In this document: positions 59,186 through 62,533 of the stretch, one piece after another
Position numbering within the stretch: the first letter of the stretch is position 1
Layout: each line of letters starts with the position of its first letter
Origin: a virus
Taxonomy: Duplodnaviria > Caudoviricetes
Strand: one strand, 5' to 3'
Virus record (IMG/VR): IMGVR_UViG_3300022221_000007
Span: 1-62,533 of that record
Length of the DNA: 62,533 bases
Position numbers and translations under genes: made by a program
The notes under the pieces: model-generated
The model's database searches: none
What the model saw: the letters and a program-made list of their open reading frames with translations, nothing else
Told to the model about the DNA's origin: nothing

Positions 59186-59407
59186 CTATTTACGTTGATT
59201 GTAAGAAAAGCCAACCAACTCTATTCGTATACGCACTGTGTTAAGAGCCTGCTCCAGTTGGTCATAAGCTTTTTGATCAATATCTAACTCAGTACCAACC
59301 TCAAGTTGGCTAAGCTCATGTGAAAGCATAGACACCTCTCTGGACAGATTCTGAACACAAACAGGTAATGCTTTGAAAGCTTCTTCTTGTTCGGGAATAT
59401 CTACCAT
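59186..59407 (-). CDS. hypothetical protein
   Basis: 73-aa ORF. Confidence 0.6.
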   Translation of the reverse strand: MVDIPEQEEAFKALPVCVQNLSREVSMLSHELSQLEVGTELDIDQKAYDQLEQALNTVRIRIELVGFSYNQRK

Positions 59408-60003
59408 CAGTCCTCCTTAGCTACCCAAGGTGGGATAACCATATTGGTGTAATAGGGATCACCGATACTGATTTGGTGAGCTCGTTCATCACACAAATGT
59501 TTAATTTTGGTGTAATCCATAATACGAGATTCTTCAGGGCTCATACCTTCATCAGTCTTAGTCCGGAGAATGCGCTTAACAATATCTGCATCCCAGGGAT
59601 TGAGAGCATATTCCAACCATATAAACCAAGGCTGAATGTTCTTTTCAGCATAGTTACTATTGCCGACATTGTAAGAATGATGCTTAGCAGTAGCTAAAGG
59701 TCTGTCTTCAGGGTCACTGCCTGAACTTTGCATAGCTTCTATCTGTGCAATATTCAGAATGCTTCGAGGGATGCTAGAACCGATACCTTTTACACTAAAC
59801 TTATCTGCCTCTTCCGGAGTATTTCGGGTACCAGACAAATCTTCGGATGCTCGCTGGTAATTCTCAAGCTCAGCAGATAGTTGATCTACCAGGTTATAAA
59901 GGTTTGCGTGTGCTTTGTCTTGGCAAGACTCTTCAGGATCTGGAAGCTCAGCATTCATGGCATTCGATATAATGGTTATTTTTTTAATAAGATAGTTATG
60001 CAT
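59407..60003 (-). CDS. DUF3310-like protein
   Basis: NVGNSNY..IQPW...NPWDADIVKRILR. Confidence 0.55.
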   Translation of the reverse strand: MHNYLIKKITIISNAMNAELPDPEESCQDKAHANLYNLVDQLSAELENYQRASEDLSGTRNTPEEADKFSVKGIGSSIPRSILNIAQIEAMQSSGSDPEDRPLATAKHHSYNVGNSNYAEKNIQPWFIWLEYALNPWDADIVKRILRTKTDEGMSPEESRIMDYTKIKHLCDERAHQISIGDPYYTNMVIPPWVAKED

Positions 60004-60048
60004 AGGAAAACCTCTACAGAGTTAACTGCATTAATTTAAAGTAAGTAT

Positions 60049-60222
60049 TTAGGAATTTTTAGGGTTGAAGTCTTTGCAGGATTTATCGGTAGTAGGCATT
60101 TGAATAAGTTGTGTTCCAGAATGAAACGCTTCCCAATAACCTTTACTACACCCTGATCGAGTGTAACTTTGGCCATAAGCAGGTTTTCTTTTGAAGTTTC
60201 TGGAACACAATCGACAATTCAT
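60049..60222 (-). CDS. small Cys-containing protein (57 aa)
   Basis: Translated by hand: MNCRLC... Confidence 0.45.
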   Translation of the reverse strand: MNCRLCSRNFKRKPAYGQSYTRSGCSKGYWEAFHSGTQLIQMPTTDKSCKDFNPKNS

Positions 60223-60231
60223 AGAGAAGGT

Positions 60232-60459
60232 TTATACCTTAAAAAATTCTTTCATACCACCAGTACCATGAAGAGAAGCACCATCAGATAAACGAATTGC
60301 TGTAGGGATACCTCGAACACGGTGTTTTTGAACACGTTCAGCATCTTCAGCAGCCATAACAAACTCAAACTTAACTCCGTTATTTTTAGCGAAGTCTTTC
60401 ATAGTCCCACAGTGAGCACAGTCTTCTGTAGCTGCACCAAAAATTAAAAAATCTGACAT
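60232..60459 (-). CDS. thioredoxin/glutaredoxin-like protein
   Basis: CAHC and VRGIPT motifs. Confidence 0.75.
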   Translation of the reverse strand: MSDFLIFGAATEDCAHCGTMKDFAKNNGVKFEFVMAAEDAERVQKHRVRGIPTAIRLSDGASLHGTGGMKEFFKV

Positions 60460-60483
60460 ATTTTTGATATTCCTTATAAATTT

Positions 60484-60549
60484 TTAAAAAAGAGTTCTGA
60501 GAATTTGTTTTCGCAGACAAGTAGATAGTAACCCAGAACTCTTTTTTAA
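60484..60549. ncRNA. long-stem-closed RNA unit
   Basis: Perfect 16-bp ttaaaaaagagttctg/cagaactcttttttaa with a 34-nt interior. Confidence 0.5.
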
Positions 60550-60557
60550 TCATTTAC

Positions 60558-60590
60558 AAAAAATCCCGCTTATTCGCGGGATTCCTTTTT
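60558..60590. terminator. bidirectional intrinsic terminator
   Basis: aatcccgc-ttattc-gcgggatt with A/T tracts. Confidence 0.65.
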
Positions 60591-60594
60591 GCTT

Positions 60595-60903
60595 TTAATA
60601 GTTTGGTTTTAAATTTCGCCAACCAACCTCAAACTTTGCCACCATCGCTTTAAGTGCAGTTTCAGTTTTGGTCCTAACAGCGAATACGCCTTCCGGCTTT
60701 ATCGATCGTCTGCTAAGAAATAGTGTTATAAGAGAAAACAGCAGTACGGAAGCAACGAAAGCTTGAACAGCACTTACCGGCATTACAGCCATGTAAGGCG
60801 TATCAGAGCTAACTGATGCAGCCGAAACCATTACTGAGTTAATTGTTGGCAGAAACATAACTGCAGACACAATTAACACCAGCAGGATAAACAGTTTTCG
60901 CAT
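60595..60903 (-). CDS. membrane protein
   Basis: Two hydrophobic segments; GAGG RBS. Confidence 0.6.
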   Translation of the reverse strand: MRKLFILLVLIVSAVMFLPTINSVMVSAASVSSDTPYMAVMPVSAVQAFVASVLLFSLITLFLSRRSIKPEGVFAVRTKTETALKAMVAKFEVGWRNLKPNY

Positions 60904-60976
60904 ATATCAATCCTCTTTTTTATTGGTTAAGGTTGGGTGGAACTACATTAATAACAAAAAAGTTAACTAAGGTAAA

Positions 60977-61165
60977 CTATTTCTGAAGTTTACTGCAATC
61001 GTAAACAGGAACAGCACGACCACTATGGTTAATAATAATCATTGTAGTTTTTGTACAAGTTTCTTCTACTTTTAAAACTCTACTTCTTGCGGAGTATATT
61101 CCATAAACTGCAACAGTAAGCAGGGTAGCTACTGCACATACAACTAGCCAGTCAGAAGTTTTCAT
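60977..61165 (-). CDS. small membrane-anchored protein
   Basis: N-terminal TM, two Cys. Confidence 0.55.
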   Translation of the reverse strand: MKTSDWLVVCAVATLLTVAVYGIYSARSRVLKVEETCTKTTMIIINHSGRAVPVYDCSKLQK

Positions 61166-61332
61166 TCTTCTTTACCATAAGCTTTAAGTACTGACTTCGC
61201 AGCAAACTCCGCGTTGTGGCTAGAAATTCTACTTGTACTGATATCTGTAAGGCACTGTTTATAGGAATTAAGTTTTTCAACAAGTTTTGTGTAATCGTCA
61301 AAACTCATAGTCACTTCGGTAGTTACCGCCAT
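61162..61332 (-). CDS. small hypothetical protein (56 aa)
   Basis: Translated by hand; GGAG RBS; ATGA overlap. Confidence 0.55.
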   Translation of the reverse strand: MAVTTEVTMSFDDYTKLVEKLNSYKQCLTDISTSRISSHNAEFAAKSVLKAYGKEE

Positions 61333-61335
61333 AAC

Positions 61336-61635
61336 TTACTCCGCTAAGCCTAAGGCTTTTGAGTACGCATAGTACTTATCAACCTTCACAGTTTTCATAG
61401 TAGTACGTCGTGGATTTTCAGAAAAATCATAACCAAAATCATACCGGCTGTTTAAAATCCGGATGTTATCAATTAGATCGTTGATTTCAGTATGAAGACG
61501 TTCCCGGTTAGAAACTCCAATTGGCGGGTAGATTTCATCAAAACCAAAATCTTTAGTTTTGTTTACCATTTGAGCAATTTCACCAGCTTCTTCAGCAAGC
61601 TTTCCTAACAAGTATTGCAATTCAGTTTGAGGCAC
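61336..61635 (-). CDS. MazG-like NTP pyrophosphohydrolase-domain protein
   Basis: LAEEAGEIAQ...EINDL. Confidence 0.6.
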   Translation of the reverse strand: MPQTELQYLLGKLAEEAGEIAQMVNKTKDFGFDEIYPPIGVSNRERLHTEINDLIDNIRILNSRYDFGYDFSENPRRTTMKTVKVDKYYAYSKALGLAE

Positions 61636-61638
61636 TAT

Positions 61639-61839
61639 TTACTCCTTCCATTTTCCCGTATGTGAATTAAAGTTTTGAAGTTCTTTTTTAAGTGCTTTTA
61701 GAGTTTCCGGGTGTACTTTAGCTACTTTAAGTCTGCCTGCACAAAGTTGAGAAGTTTGAGCTACAGCTCTGTTAGCAATTCTTATTTGCCTTAAAGCCTC
61801 ATCACGGGTTCTTTCAATATCAAAATAAGAAAGAGTCAT
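61639..61839 (-). CDS. hypothetical protein
   Basis: 66-aa ORF. Confidence 0.65.
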   Translation of the reverse strand: MTLSYFDIERTRDEALRQIRIANRAVAQTSQLCAGRLKVAKVHPETLKALKKELQNFNSHTGKWKE

Positions 61840-61842
61840 AAA

Positions 61843-61983
61843 CTAGTCTCCCATATCCTCATTACCGTCTTCCCAACCGTCATACCAAAATTCAGCATCG
61901 AGTCCAGAATACGGACAACTATTTTCACCCTCAAAAGCAGCAGATTTGCCTTCATCATAAATTGCTTGTTGTTCAGGAGTCAT
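61843..61983 (-). CDS. small Rmf/CrpP-fold-like protein (46 aa)
   Basis: YDEGKSA...CPY...W.DGW. Confidence 0.5.
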   Translation of the reverse strand: MTPEQQAIYDEGKSAAFEGENSCPYSGLDAEFWYDGWEDGNEDMGD

Positions 61984-62254
61984 CTTCAGCAACCTCCAAC
62001 TTAATTTGAACATTGTTCTCAGCCGTTAAAGGCTCGCAGGAAGAGACAGCGTAAACATACATGCCCATATCCCAGCAAGCGTCCTTGTCAGGAAATTCTT
62101 CAAAATCCGGAGTATCATGGCACTCACCATACAAAGCTGCTTCCATAGCTTCCTGCTTAGTATCAGCAGTAACTACATGGGTAGCATTTTTCTCAATATC
62201 ACCCAGGGTTAGTTCAAGTTTGACTAACCAATAGTTTTCAATTTGTTCACTCAT
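61973..62254 (-). CDS. hypothetical protein
   Basis: 93-aa acidic ORF. Confidence 0.65.
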   Translation of the reverse strand: MSEQIENYWLVKLELTLGDIEKNATHVVTADTKQEAMEAALYGECHDTPDFEEFPDKDACWDMGMYVYAVSSCEPLTAENNVQIKLEVAEDDS

Positions 62255-62533
62255 GCGATAGTCACTCCATTTAAGTGATCGATTTCATGTTGCATAACAA
62301 AAGCAAGAAAACCTCTTGCATCGATTTTAACCGGTTCCCAATTCTCATCGAATCCGGTAACTACAACACGTTTATGACGTTGCATATCTACCGATTCCCC
62401 AGGAAAAGATAAGCAACCTTCACCAAAGCTGGTAACTTTCTTACCGGGAGCTTTAGCGATAATAGGATTGATAATGGCAGTTCGAGTTGCACCATAGTTA
62501 ACTACGATAATACGTTCCAAGAGTCCTACTTGT
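62251..62533 (-). CDS. def: peptide deformylase, N-terminus outside window
   Basis: EGCLS and QHEIDHLNG motifs. Confidence 0.9.
   Translation of the reverse strand, partial: QVGLLERIIVVNYGATRTAIINPIIAKAPGKKVTSFGEGCLSFPGESVDMQRHKRVVVTGFDENWEPVKIDARGFLAFVMQHEIDHLNGVTIA

Noticed and set aside
59407-61635. Modified-base (e.g. Z-genome) pathway suggested by MazG-like, DUF3310-like and Nmad5-like genes
   Set aside because: No PurZ, DatZ, deazaguanine or hydroxymethylase genes recognised in the window.
1-62533. Stop-codon reassignment
   Set aside because: Long genes are intact in the standard code and all three stop codons end genes.
1-62533. Prophage or host flanking DNA
   Set aside because: No integrase, att-like context or bacterial housekeeping block; phage-type genes run to both edges.

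Overview
The window covers most of the genome of a lytic N4-like (Schitoviridae-related) podophage, probably of a marine Gammaproteobacterium. It is cut inside genes at both ends, and I see no integrase or repressor. Layout: (i) 1-9625, minus strand: small early/middle genes, a single-chain T7-type RNA polymerase, an SPFH protein, an Nmad5-like protein and a dense cluster of structured non-coding RNAs, including tRNA-shaped RNAs with expanded or missing arms. (ii) 9630-10650: divergent control region with a possible genome end, GNA-triloop hairpins (one identical to the N4 vRNAP promoter hairpin as I recall it) and an IHF consensus site. (iii) 9836-44501, plus strand: two RepL-like HTH genes, a cluster of putative immune-signal sponges, terminase, tail/fibre genes, lysis genes, portal, N4 gp56-type capsid, ejection proteins and a 2088-aa virion RNA polymerase. 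(iv) 44528-62533, minus strand: SSB, Sak4-like ATPase, PD-(D/E)XK nuclease, a split family A DNA polymerase, helicase-primase, MoxR pair, UvrD-like helicase, peptide deformylase and many small genes. The best candidate for a new system is a dispersed family of long-stem-closed small RNAs (a four-unit array at 50401-50815 plus single copies) together with the aberrant tRNA-like RNAs. The middle RNA polymerase also has His at the normally conserved motif B Tyr. All family calls come from motif recognition by eye; no searches were run.
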